Assembly: GCF_000143415.4 (NCBI RefSeq)
Contig: NW_003314314.1
Coordinates: 1,307,771-1,371,770, forward strand
DNA: 64,000 bases
Reading direction: 5' to 3'
Origin: Selaginella moellendorffii
Lineage: Eukaryota > Plantae > Lycopodiophyta
The notes under the pieces were generated by a model. The model made no database searches. It was not told where the DNA came from and saw only the letters and a list, made by a program, of their open reading frames with translations. The position numbers and the translations under genes are program-made. Below are positions 35,057-47,499 of this stretch, piece after piece (positions within the stretch are counted from its first letter, which is position 1; the number at the start of each line of letters is the position of its first letter).

Positions 35057-37881
35057 TGGCCTCCACAAGTGCGACGCATGTTCCCTCCGTGGATCTTAAG
35101 AACTGTGCTACATGGATTCAGGCAAAGGTGTTTCTAAACAACCCCGAGGGGGAGGTGGTAGCTAAGGGCTTAGCCACAGTTGTCAATCCAAGAGATGCGG
35201 TTGCTAATCAAGAATTGGGCTGAGATGATATTGGAGTTGCGATTTTAGAGGTTGTTGACACAGAAGAAAACAGTCTGACTATTGGAAGCATTGTGCGGTG
35301 GAAATTGAGGCACTTAGTGTTTGAGAATGTGAAGGATTCACAATCAAACACCACTACAACTGATGATAGAACATCTCTTCATGGGAAAAGAAAGTACACC
35401 TTCCTAAAGCGCAGCCAAAGGGATCTGAGCAACGAACCGAAAAGGCAGAAAATGGCGATGGAGGTTCAAATGGTCTCGACAGTTGCTTGTTGCAAGAGGA
35501 GGTGCTGTCAACATGCTGATTGGGATGCTATTGAAGAGGAGAGAGCAAGATACAAGACATTGTCCTGGAAGGCAGCTCGCAATTTTGTGTATGAGGCGTT
35601 ACGGTCATCTATTGATGCTTCAGAACATCAGGTGGGGGGCATGGTCTTCCAGAGGGGTTTGGTCTGCATGAAGGCATGGAGAATCATTTATGGAGTCCCT
35701 CGAACCACATTCTACAGAATCAAAACTGAGTTCAAGGAACAAAGGGTTCAACAGGCAGTCCATGGGAACGACGGTACGCACAAAACCAGGGGTCATGTTG
35801 TATATGGAGAGGCAATCTTCAAGAGGTTTGTCGAGACATGTAGCGAGCAGCAACCACATAAAACCCGCCTCTTGGAAGATGGATCACGAGACACCCAACG
35901 AGTTCTCCCTTCCATGTATACCAAGGGGGCCATATTGGAAGATGTGAATCGGGAACTCCAGAGTAATGGCTACAGGAAGCTGAGCCAATCTAGATTTAGT
36001 AGATTGTGGAGCAACAGGTTCAGGGATGTGAGTATAGGAAAGTACTCCAGCTTTTCAAAGTGTGACGAGTGCACTGCTATCAAAATGGCTTTGTCGAAGA
36101 ATTCTTGCAGCGCTCAAGAGCGAGAGACGTTGGTTAGAAGGCGGCTCGACCACAACATCGAGCAGAGAAGCTGCAGGACTGCATATTATCATAACAGGAT
36201 TCTCTCCATAGAGAGACCTGACTCTTACCTCTGCATCATCCACGACAAAATGGACCAGAAAAAGACGTGCTTACCTCGACTCAATCCTGCCCCCAAGGCA
36301 ATCTCTTCATCCATGCAGCTGCCTGTGTCTCTGTTTGGCATAATCGCTCATGGGCATGGTGCCCAGAACTATGGGAACTTCTTTGTACCTCTATGGGGTG
36401 GCGGGGGTGCAAACATGATGATTGCGTCCCTAGTAAAACACTTAAGGTCTCTGCAAAGTGCGTAGATTGAGCTGAACGGCCAACCCTTGCATAAGGCCCT
36501 TGTCGATCGAACCCCATACAGGGTTCAGCTGGAGGAGGAGCAAAGGCTTGCAGTATCGCGTGGGGCCCCATGCCATCCCAGTGAATATGTTGGCCGTCAG
36601 ATTGTAGGGTTATCACGTGAGGCCTCATGCCATTCCGACGAGGCTGGTCGCCCGGTGAATGCACAGCCTCATCCAAACGAAGTAGAATCTCAAGGAAGTT
36701 CTTGCGGCCCATGTGGCCTTCCACCCCATCTTCTGCTTCAAACAGACAATGCTGGCAGTGAGAACAAAAACGTGTACGTCTTCACGTACTTGGCAATGCT
36801 TGTTGCCAAAGGCATATTTGAAACGGTTACACTTGGCTTTCTCATGGTTGGGCACACTCATGAAGACGTCGATGCCATGTTCAGTCACCTGGCAGAGTCC
36901 CTCCGGCGATCCAATGTCCTCACCCTCCCACAACTCTACGATGAATTCCAAAATTGCATCAAAGGCACTGTTGAAGCTGCACTTGTGACAGAGGTTCCAG
37001 ACTTTAAGGGGTTTGTAAGAGGCTACATCAGGGACGGATCCGAAACGCTGATTGGCCACTCCAAGCCTCTTCAGTTTCATTTCAGCATGCGTGACGGTGC
37101 TCCAGTGATGAGGTACAAGATGAGAGAATGGGACATAGTGTGGCTGCCAGTGGACGGCATTGAACTCTTCAAGAGAGATCCCATAACTGGGGAACCTATG
37201 ATTCCTCAGGGTTCCCCACGGCCGATGCACCCGGATGGACTCAAAGACCAGGAAAGTATAGTGGCCGGGATTAGACAGCATATTGCCTTCTGGAAGAGGG
37301 GGTTGGTGTTTGGTGGAGAATCCTATTTTCAGAGGTGCAAGCCTTTGCTCGAATATTGGGAGAAGATTATATCTGCTATCCAAAATGGGCCGGTTGTATA
37401 TGAAGAATTGGAAGAGTCCTTTTGGCCAGAACCCAGAGCACCAGATAGTAGCGGAACAATGTCCTCTGGAAATGCAGTGACAGATAACGATGTTGAGGAT
37501 CACTATTGTGGGCCGAAGAACAAGAAGCCGGATTCAGCATTCAATCCAGTACAGGTCTGCAAAGGAATGGTCGTGCTTGTCAGACCCAGTAATAAAAAAC
37601 AAATGATATGGGTGGGGCGTTGCATCACTAATGCAGAGGAGGACGCGGAAACTAACTCCTTCAATGTAATTGTGGAGTGGTTCAAGCCAAGTTCCAGATA
37701 TACGAAGGATTGCCTAGAAAAGAGATGGGTGCTGAATCCAAGGGATCCTAGCATGAGCATATCGGTGGATAATGTTGTGCATGGTTGGATGCGGAAGCAG
37801 AGTGCCACCATCACCTTGCCAGACCATGCAAGAGATGCAGCAAGAGCATTCATAACCCTGGTTCAAGGTGAGATTCATTAA
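35057..37881 (+). pseudogene. Sola-like DDD transposase (copy C), nearly complete
   Basis: Same-frame ORFs 35293-36465 and 36487-37881 are separated by one TAG. CxxC-H motif plus catalytic D (HDKMD), D (TDNA-ENKN) and D (GHTHEDVD). 5' deletion of about 250 bp relative to copy A. Confidence 0.85.
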
Positions 37882-40800
37882 TATTCCTTTACTAAGTTTC
37901 TAATATATTTTATTTCAAGGTGAACAATTCGAATCTGAATCAGAGGAGGCGTGATGGCATGTGGCCTTATGCCATTCCTAGGTGAGATGATACAAATAAC
38001 AAGTATAAATTCTTAGTTGTTCTAGCAAATCTTACTTAAAGTTCAAGGTGAACAAGCCGAATATGAATTCATCGGATTGTTATAACAAATTGCAAGGTGA
38101 TGGCATGAGGTGATACGCCATTTGAGAGTGGTAGCCATTCCTATATAAGGTGAGTGAAATATTTATTAGAAATACCTCATTCAATTGTGCACTTCTAAGT
38201 CTTGGTCCACTCAGTACTGTTTGCATGTTTCTATTTTAATTCTTTCTCTAAAATGTTATTTAGCATGTGGCTTCATGCCATTGCTCTCCACAATCATGCA
38301 TTGAATTTTTCTATCCTTGCATAATACTTCTCCATATATATAGCATGTGCACACATGTGATATGGTTCATTAGGCCTGATATAGTGTGTGAGGTAAAACA
38401 AAGATGATGTGACATATGCATTTACCAATCACACGTGCATAAATCTAATAATATGGCGTGTGGCCCATATTAATGGCACATAAACCCATATTGTGGGCTT
38501 ATGTGCTTTATGTACCATCATTCCCTTGCAGCTTGTGTGTTGGTTTCCTTTTATAACACAACGAACTCCATATTTTAGGGTGAAGAGCATTCTCATGGCA
38601 AGCACAAAATCTGTAAGTGAGGCAGAAAAGGAGACGGAGAAGGAGATAGGTGAAGATGTAGAATATATAAGTCTTCCAAACTCCCCGTACTATACTCCAG
38701 GTGATCATTTTTCTGAACAAACGGCAACATTAACAACTATTGAGAATGCCCCAGTAACGTCAGAGACAACAATTCAAAGCAAAACAACTGACCCGGAGAA
38801 GGATGATAGTACCGCTGAGAGTACCAAACAGGAGGTGTCCACTAGCGCTTAGGCTTATAATGGCGTGTGCCCTCATGCCATTTACTTGATCACCAAATAC
38901 CTTTTTCCCTTTGCACTAGTATATCTTAATACCGGTCTGAGAAATAGAATGGCATGTGCCCTCAGGCCTTTTACTAAATCACCTTTGAAAGAAATGCAAG
39001 CCTCTATGTCGTAAAAAAAAGGTCCTAGAGAAATTCCTTAATAATATGAATGTTATTTAGTTTCATGAAAATACACTAAGGGTCAAATGAGTTAAATGAC
39101 TTCTCCAGACTAGCAATGCCTCTTGCTACACCTTCACAAATAGATTCGTTAGAAAAAGATAATATTGAATAATATCTAAATGTTCTCACCATTAAGTTAT
39201 ATGTCTGGCTAATAGGAATGACGTTCATCTTGGAAAGCTCACCACACGCTCAATGAACAAACAAATAGTGTGTGCGCGCATGCCATCGCTCTTCTTTAGC
39301 TTCAAATTCGGCTTGTTCACCTTGACAATGAGATTTATTATACAACCAGATGGACTCAGTCTGGACACAAAGTCACCGCGCTAGTCACCATGCCCCAGAT
39401 ATGTCTAGCCTCTGGACAAAAAACATATAATTTCACGTCATTTTCAAATACTTGAAAATTTGTACTTAGTCCCATTTTACTGAATAAATCCCACTTTAAC
39501 GAAATAGAGCTTAAGTAGCTAGTACAATAGGTAGGAACGTTAACAAGGGAACTTAACTAAGGCTAATGCAGTGGTGGTTGGATAGACGAGATAAACTTGC
39601 AAATTAGAAATGAAAGATTTATGGTTTACAATTTGATATCGGAGTCTTTTCCTCAATTCTAATGAAGGATAGAGGCAAATTGCTAAAAGATGGCTAAGGT
39701 AAGGTATAAGTGAACCAAGGCAGAGATGGAACATCCTCTAGAGATGGAGCCTCTGATCAAACAAGAAGCTATAAATGAGGAATTTTTGTATGATAAGGAT
39801 GTGAGTGAGCATACCTTCAAACAAGAGTTTGGTGGTGAGGTTTGGTCATCCAAGGCTCAATTGGATGCTTTAAAAGGAAAATTAGCACAGATTAATGCCC
39901 TACTGGAGACCCTTGTTCGCAATTTAAAGTGTGATAAGAAGTGAAAGAAAAGGCAAAAAACAGCAAATGCTGGTAGTGTAGAAGGCATAGATCCCTTGGC
40001 AGGGACTGAGGCAAAACCAAATAAGGTCAAACAAATTGAAGTGGAATTAGTCCCTCAAGAAATTCCTAAGTACAAACCAAAGCCCTCACCAGTCTTCAAG
40101 GGAATGAATGACTATAAGTTGATAGAGGAGTGGTTTTACAATATAGAGGACAACTTTCGAGTGTTGTGATTACCAAGCTTGAAAAGGGTCCCATATGCAA
40201 AACCATACTTAGTAGATAACACTAAATCTTGGTGGAGAACAATAGAGGCCAACAAAGGACTAGTGGCCACTTGGGAAGTGATGAAGGTGAAGATCCATGT
40301 AACTTATGTGCCTTTGAATGTTACTCTCTATTTAAGGGACAAACTGAGTAGACTGAAGCACACCGAAACCATTCAAGAGTATATGAATGTGTTTATGGCC
40401 AAGAGGATTCTTATCATGGATATAGGTAATATAGACATATTCCATGCCTTCATATCAAGCTTATAGACCTGGGCTTAGGGCGAGGTGATGCATTAGAACC
40501 TGACTAACTATAAGGAATCTTTAGATGCAGCTATTATGGTGCATTTTGATGATAACTTGTGAAAGGGGAACACAACAAAGTTAAAATCCATGTTCAACAA
40601 AGGAGTCTAACCAAGAGGGACATATAATAAAAAAAAATTTAGGAGGAGTTTCTCTAAGAATGAGTCTTTAGGGTTTTGGAAAGATAGATCTGGTGGCCAA
40701 AGAGCAAGTACGTGGGGGATTTAGGTAAAAAGGGATAAACCCTTTAATAAAAAAATGAAGTTTGCTAATAGTGCAAGAAACAACGTATGTTTCAATTATG

Positions 40801-43433
40801 TAGAATAGGGATACTTCTTGAGAGTCAAGTCAAGTCAAGTCCAAACTTAGGTATGTGATCTAGTCCCTAGCTCAAAATTACTCATTATACAAGCAACTTT
40901 GGTAGAGAGATGTTCATAACATCTACTAGCCTTCCGACAAAAGCTCGAAAGTAGCTTTATTAAGAATTTTATTGGCATAAATGCTTCAGATGATTTTGTG
41001 GTTGTAGATATAGTCTAGCAAGCCAAATTAATAGTGCAACAGCTTGGTGAACCAAGGTTTATAGAGTTTGTTTAATGTGGCTAAAGTATCAATGAGGTAC
41101 TTTGACAAGTTAAAAGTCAAACTAGAGACATGCTTAGTGGACATGGACTTTATCGTATTAGATATGGTGGGATTTGACATGATCTTCGGGATGAATTGGT
41201 TTAATCAATTTGTGGTAGCCTTGCATAGACAAGGTAGAAACTTAGTGGTATTAGCGAATGTTTGAGGAAAATGATCCAGAGTGGAATCTCATAATCTAAA
41301 GGTAGGGCAATGCAAGGCAAAGACTCCTTCTTGAACCTGGTGTCTACAAAAAGACACTCACTAAAGGAACCAAAGAAGCATTTTTGTGTTTGCTCTTAGG
41401 GAGGTGTGACAAAAAGACAGGAATAAAGAAAGTACCTTTAGTGATTTAGTAGGTGTTAAACCAATTTTGAAATACCATGCCAAAGGATGCTAAAGGTGCT
41501 GATGAGCCACATTTTTATACACTATTTAAATCATTTCATGGTCATCTATATTAACAACATCTTGATCTATAGTGAAACACTAGGGAAGCATGCCAAATAC
41601 TTGACAAAAGTGTTTGACAAATTAAAGGAACACAAGTTGTATGCTAAAGAGAGCAAATGTGACTTTGCTCAACAAGAGGTAAAATTTCTTAAGCATGTGG
41701 TGGGCAAGGACGGGCTCAAGGTGGACTTGAGAAGGTCTAACTAATCGAGAAATAGGAACAACTATCAAATGTACACGAGTTAAGGGTGTTTTTGGCTATG
41801 CAACTACTATTGAAAGTTTATCAAACACTATTTGAGAGTAGCTCCACCTTTAATAGACCAAACGAGAAAAGAGAAGATAATATGGACAGTGGAATGTGAG
41901 TGGCATTTATCCAACTCAAAAGAAAATGGAGGAAGACTTTTGTGTTCACATTACAAGACTTTGATAAGGACATTATGGTAGAAATAAACACTTCAAACTT
42001 TGCATTAAGTGCAATTTTAAAGCAAGATAACCACTCAGTGGCATTCTTCTCGAAGTGGTTGGACAAAGCTCAACAAAATTGGTTTATCTATGAAAAGAAA
42101 TTGTTTCCTGTGGTCAAGGTGTTTAAAGAGTGGCCACACTACTTAGGATACACTTCAAGGTATATATGGATAATGTGGCAACAAAACATTTCTTGTCACA
42201 GCCCCATGTGAACTTATTCAAGCTATACTTTGAGGACCCACTTTGCAAGGACTAAATAAAACCTTTACCCAAGGTTATTTAAGGGGAGGAGGAATATGAG
42301 GTTGAGGCCATCCTCAATAAGCGCAAGAGCAAGTAACAAGGATGTGAGCTAAAGGAATTTTATAAAGTGGAAAGGATTTACACTCTGCAAAAAAATATAA
42401 GAAATAGAGGAGAACCTAGATAACATAAAATCTAATGGAGGAATTTTTGCAAAATAGAACTCTATATACTTATACAAAGTTCAATTAAAATATCCATTTC
42501 TGAAATTGAGCAATATCATATATTGGGACCTAAAAGCACGCCAAAGGTAAGCTAATTAACATAGGTCTAACTAAGTCAACCAAGTGTAGGGAGTTATGCC
42601 TAACTCTCTAAAGGGATGTTGAATCCATAGACATATTCTATGGAGGTCTCAACCCTATACAAGGGCAAGGTGAGGTGAGGGGTATAGAGAGACCTATATC
42701 TCATTGGTATGGGCTCTTAGCCAAGGAGGCGAACTTATGCAAACCACTAAATGGGAGGATGCCCCTGAAGAACAAATCGTAAGATTAAATAGAGACATTT
42801 GATGTGGGCATTGAACTTTTTGTATGGGTGGTGGAGTTGTAAGGAATCAACTTCATGAGGTGTTGTAAGCTAAAGGATCCCTGAAACCAATATCAAAATA
42901 ATAAAGAGTTCATCAAATGAGACCAAGGATGAAATTGAGAATGAGTCCAAGACTAACTTTGAGACCGAGTTCAAAATTGAGTCCAAGACTGAGTTCAAGA
43001 TTGGAGATCAAGTCTGAGTTCAAGATTAAATCCAAGGCCGAGTTCGAATACTAATACAGATTATGGGATGAAAGCCTAAAGTGATCATCTTCGGGGGGGG
43101 GGAGGGGCTGCAGGGGGTTCCACAAGTATAATAGGGATAGTGAGGTTTAGGAACTAGTCTTGAAGGAACTCTCTAATTGTGCTTCTAAACCGACTTAAAG
43201 TTGGGACTAGGGGTTGAAGGTCTTGGGTGGGAGTGAGCAGGATTTGGGTGGTGCTAAAGAAGCTAAAGAAGGAAGTGCTCAAGAGTAACTCCCACTCCCG
43301 AAAGGGAAACCGACTACAATGCTCCCAGCTCAAGTGGAGTGGTGCCCTACTTGAGTACCATACGATTCATTGGTCCTCACTCCTTAAGGGCTTAGACCTT
43401 CCCTTTGGGAAAAAAGTGGGGGAGTAGAGGTAC

Positions 43434-44161
43434 TGAAAGCTCTTGAATTTGAACTTCCCAAGAAGTCACCCAACAATATTACTCAAACCTAAGGACACTT
43501 AGCCCCAAGTATCCTAAGACCCTTAACTAATTGAAAAAATACCTCCCATCTCATTTGTCCTAGGGTCTGTAAACTCCTGAGTTTGGATTTCCTGGGAGGT
43601 CACTCAGCCCAGTACTATTCAAACCTGAAGACGTTTAACCCCAAGTATCCCAAGACCTTTAACCGATTGGAAAAAGGGGTGCACTCTTGTTTATGAGCCC
43701 TTTCCCTCTATATTTGATCCCCATAGACTGTCTTTTGAGTCATTCTCTTTGGTTGCTTACAATCCACCATACTTCCCTACAAGTGCACGCCCTCATGAAC
43801 AGAAGTTAAGAGCCATAGCTCTCTTGAAAGCCCCACTCTCTTGACACCCTACCCCTCGGGTTGAGCCCAATTGAAGCAAACTAAATCTGCCAGACGTCAA
43901 TCAATATATGGTGTGATTCTCCTAAGCTAACTAATAGAGTCGAACCCAAGACCTCTCTAATACCAAATGTAAGCTTCTGAATTTGGACTTCCCAAAAGGT
44001 CACTTAGGCCAGTACTACTCAAACCCAAGGACACTTAACCCTAAGTATCCCAAAACCCTTAACCGATTGAAAAAGATGGTGCATTCTTATTCATAGGCCA
44101 TTTCCCTCTATATTTAATCTCTATGGACTGTCTCTTGACTCATTCTCTTTAGTTGTTTATA
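43434..44161 (-). mobile_element. Cassandra-like TRIM with 5S rRNA-derived LTRs
   Basis: 194-bp LTRs at 43568-43761 and 43968-44161 plus a partial third at 43434-43540. Each contains GGACTTCCC..GGTCAC...AGTACTACTC....CCAAG.AC.CTTAAC (antisense of the 5S A/IE/C boxes). Met-like PBS, PPT, and TSD GGTAC on both sides. Confidence 0.85.
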
Positions 44162-44535
44162 GGTACCCATACTAAGTCGTTATGCCACAATGTTTCCCCC
44201 CAAGGTCCCGAAGCAAAAGATGCACTAAAGGCTTGGGATTTTAAGGGTTTCATAATCAAGTCTTGTTATACCAAGGGATGTTAAGAAGCTAGAGGCTTAG
44301 TGTGTTTAGCTGCTTATGGCTCCGGGGAATGTAGGTGAAGCTTAAGTCCAGTTTAACCCAGGGAAAGGGATTGGGAGAGAATTTGAAAATCCATGAATGG
44401 ATGGATAACACTCCATTGCTCATGTAGTGAGTAGTTGAAACTAAGTAGAACTAAGTAGAAGCTAGTACAATAGGTGGGAACCTTGGCAAGGGAACTTAAT
44501 TAAGGCCAAAGTAGTGGTCGTCAAATAAATGAAGT

Positions 44536-46252
44536 TGTGAGACACAAAACCCCTAGGCCCTAAAGTGGAGCCAGAAGGGTGCCACGTGGTAATGGCCAAA
44601 GTGAAAGACAAACGAGCGTAACACGTTTGGACTAAAAGCTCCGACTTGAAAGGTCGAGAGCGGGAGTGGAACTCCTAACAAAGTGCTTGAGGAATGAGCA
44701 CAAAGCGAGCAATAAGCGAGGCTCTAAAAAGGGACCCAAAAGGATCAACACATGATACGTGGAGGAGTCTGAGATGGAGTCCGAGATGTACTCCAAGACG
44801 AAGTCCAAGATGGAGTCCGAGATGGACGGAGACGGAGACAGAGACGGAGTCCGAGATGGAGTCCGAGATGGTCCCGAGATGGACCCAAGATGGAGTCCAA
44901 AATGGAGTCCGAGATGGACCGAGGCAGAGTCCGAGATGGAGTCCCAGATGGACCCAAGATGGAGTCTGAGATGGACCGAGATGGAGTTCGAGATGGAGTC
45001 CGAGATGGACCCGAGATAGAATTCGAGATGGAGTCCGAGAAGGACTCGAGATGGAGTCTGAGAAGGACTCGAGATGGAGTCCGAGGTCGAGATCGAGACC
45101 GAGACCGGGACCGAGACCAAGACTCGGACCGAGACCATGACCAAGACCGAGACCGAGACCGAGATCGGGACCAAGACCGAGACTGAGGCCGAGGCCGAGA
45201 CCAAGCCCGAGCCCGAATCCGAGTTCGAGTCCAAGTCCGAATCCGAGTCTGAGTCCGAGTTCGAGTCCGAGTTCGAGTCTGAGAGGGTGAAAGCCCAAAG
45301 CATTCGTCTCCCAGACCCTGGGGGGTTTGGTGAGTTCCAAAAGTATAGTAAGGGGGGAGGACTGCAGTGGAGCCAGTTTGGCCAGGAAAGGCCAGTTTGG
45401 CCCAGGAAGTATTGGGTGATGAGCTGCCCACTGGGAAGTCCAAGACTAGAATGAATATGGACTGACAAACGGAGTGTTCAAGAGCCGGCTCTAGTTTCCC
45501 CGGGAGATTGACTAGCCGATGCTCCCAGTCCAAGTGTGGGTGGCACTACCTACTTGGATACACAGTGTGGCTTAACGGAACCTCACTCTAAGCCTATGGC
45601 TAGAGCACCCAAAGGTAGAAGGTGGGGAGAGTACCTATAAGACTCGCGTAAGGCCACGGTGTTCCGAAATGTTGTCACAAAGTCCTAGACGGTGAAAAGG
45701 AAGAGGAGCAATCCTCTAGTGTAGTGACTAAGGATACGGTCACATGGTGAGGAAGTCCTAAAGGATAGTGGGACTTAGGGGTTTGGCCTGTGAGCCTTGA
45801 TCTAGTGGCAATGTTGGCGAACACGGCCATGGACAAAAAGGGACTTGGTGGGGATTGGAAAAGGGGTATTGGGGAAGGCTAATCCCCATGTCTGTGGCCA
45901 TCCTAAGGATGCTAAGGAGTGGATCTGGGATGATCACTCATGGATGGATGGCTAGTTTTTGAGAGATGGAACTGTGATGCAGGTGGTGTTAGACCACCAG
46001 TGTGACCAAGGTGAAGGGGCATGGCCTTAGCGTAACAGGTTGATATGTTGATGGTACTTTGGGGTCAATCATGGGATCGGACACGTGGAGCACTTGGACC
46101 AAGTGCAAAGGTTGAGTGGCGGGGATGCCATTCGTGGGGCTAGCAAGCCCAAGTCCGAAATAGGACTTATGGAGGTTATGAGTGAGACTCCTCCAAGTGG
46201 TCGGAGGTGTGGTTAAGTGACTAAAGTAGAATGGAAAATTTAGTCACTTACA
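44536..46252 (+). mobile_element. Solo LTR-A inserted in LTR-B
   Basis: TG...CA ends, TSD GAAGT/GAGGT. The uninterrupted homologous site GAGGT is seen at about 13232. Confidence 0.9.
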
Positions 46253-47499
46253 GAGGTAAGCTGGCAAATTAGAAAGGAAAAATTTGTGGCTTACAAGTTA
46301 CCAACACTAGCAAATGCAAGTCAATGAATGAGTTTCTTTAACTAAGCTAAGTGTATTTCGATAATAACATTTAGGAATTTTGTTCTTATGCTCATCTGGT
46401 TAAGTGCATATGTGATGACTAGTTTCTCAACTTAGGTGGAGACTATAAAGTGAATTGGTAGTATTAATCTTTTACCATTGTAGTAGTAAATAAAGAGTGT
46501 CTATAAGGATTAGCCAAATATCTTTTGATAGCTAAAGTCATATCCACAACATGAAGTCAATCCAAAAATGTAGTGCACCTGAATTTGGAGCTGAACTCCA
46601 AGCCCATTGCACTACGAAACGAGAGTCCAGTATAATCCCACGAGCACCAACTCTCCGTACTAGCACCTACACGTAAAATGGTGTCAAACAGAGTCTAACA
46701 CAATTTTGGCATACCGGTGGCCTAACGCGAAGAGGAGGGTACCCCACCAACTAGAGCAGCGTGGAGCTTGGGCTTAGACCCAAGCCAGATGCAAAACAAG
46801 GAGCGACACAGCCTAGCGGGAGCCAAACTAATATCTCAAGTGGTCAGACATGTATTCTAACCACTATCCCTACTTAACATTTGGCTTCATAAGCCCTCCC
46901 CCCCCCCCCCCCTTCCCCCTTAAGGAACACACACTTTGGGCTTTCACCCCAAGCCTCCCTTAGTACTAAGAGTTAGTCTTTGGGACAAACTCGAAACTTA
47001 CTAAATATGGAATGTCTCTAGATTGAGAATTTGGACACAAGATGAACACCAATGTGTTCAGGCCAATCTCTACATTCCCTACATATGCCAAATAAGCAAA
47101 TCCATACACTTTCCATAAATAGCATTTAAATAGCATTTAGGACCGAAATGAGACTAACACAAAGGGCATAATAGCGAGGGTGTTTGGCAAACACGGTAAG
47201 CTATCATCCAGCAATATTGAGGGATTAGTCTCAATACGCGAGGGTTCTTGTCACTAGCCAATGCAAGGTATAACGAGATAGGAATTCCTTACTGGGCTAA
47301 GTATGCTTAACTAATAGCATGTAGGAATTCCATCTTTATGCTCATCTGGTCTAAGTACACTCGAAATGCCCAATTAACTCCACTAACACAAAAGGGGATA
47401 CCAAAGGGATCCAACTGTACCGACCTCCTACTGTCATGACAATAAAGAAAAAGTGTTCGTAAGGATTGGCTAACAAGTATCTTTCGATACCCAAAGTCA

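Larger units (their letters stand above)
31353..39510. mobile_element. TIR DNA transposon copy C, left end deleted, inserted in an LTR-B
   Basis: Right TIR at 39489-39510, cargo gene on minus strand, transposase on plus strand. LTR-B sequence is continuous across both flanks. Confidence 0.9.
39511..46295 (+). mobile_element. Degenerate chromovirus (LTR-B family): LTR end, PBS, gag, PR, RT/RH remnants, chromodomain, PPT, 3' LTR with nested insertions
   Basis: TTACA followed by a PBS-like sequence at about 39630-39645. Gag 39726-40830, EEYEVEAILNKRK chromodomain at about 42285, PPT GGGTGGTGGAG, then LTR 42838-46295. Confidence 0.8.

Noticed and set aside
36845-36880. GHTHED read as an HUH (Rep/Helitron/Replitron) motif
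   Set aside because: The context matches a DDD transposase (D...DN..ENKN...GH....D) and the element has TIRs.
36625-37503. Long antisense ORFs over the transposase and cargo gene (also 25253-26011, 5507-6115, 32589-33233)
   Set aside because: Shadow frames of real coding sequence with no recognisable motifs.
43434-44161. Genuine 5S rRNA genes
   Set aside because: Only the central promoter part is present, diverged and embedded in LTRs with PBS, PPT and TSD.
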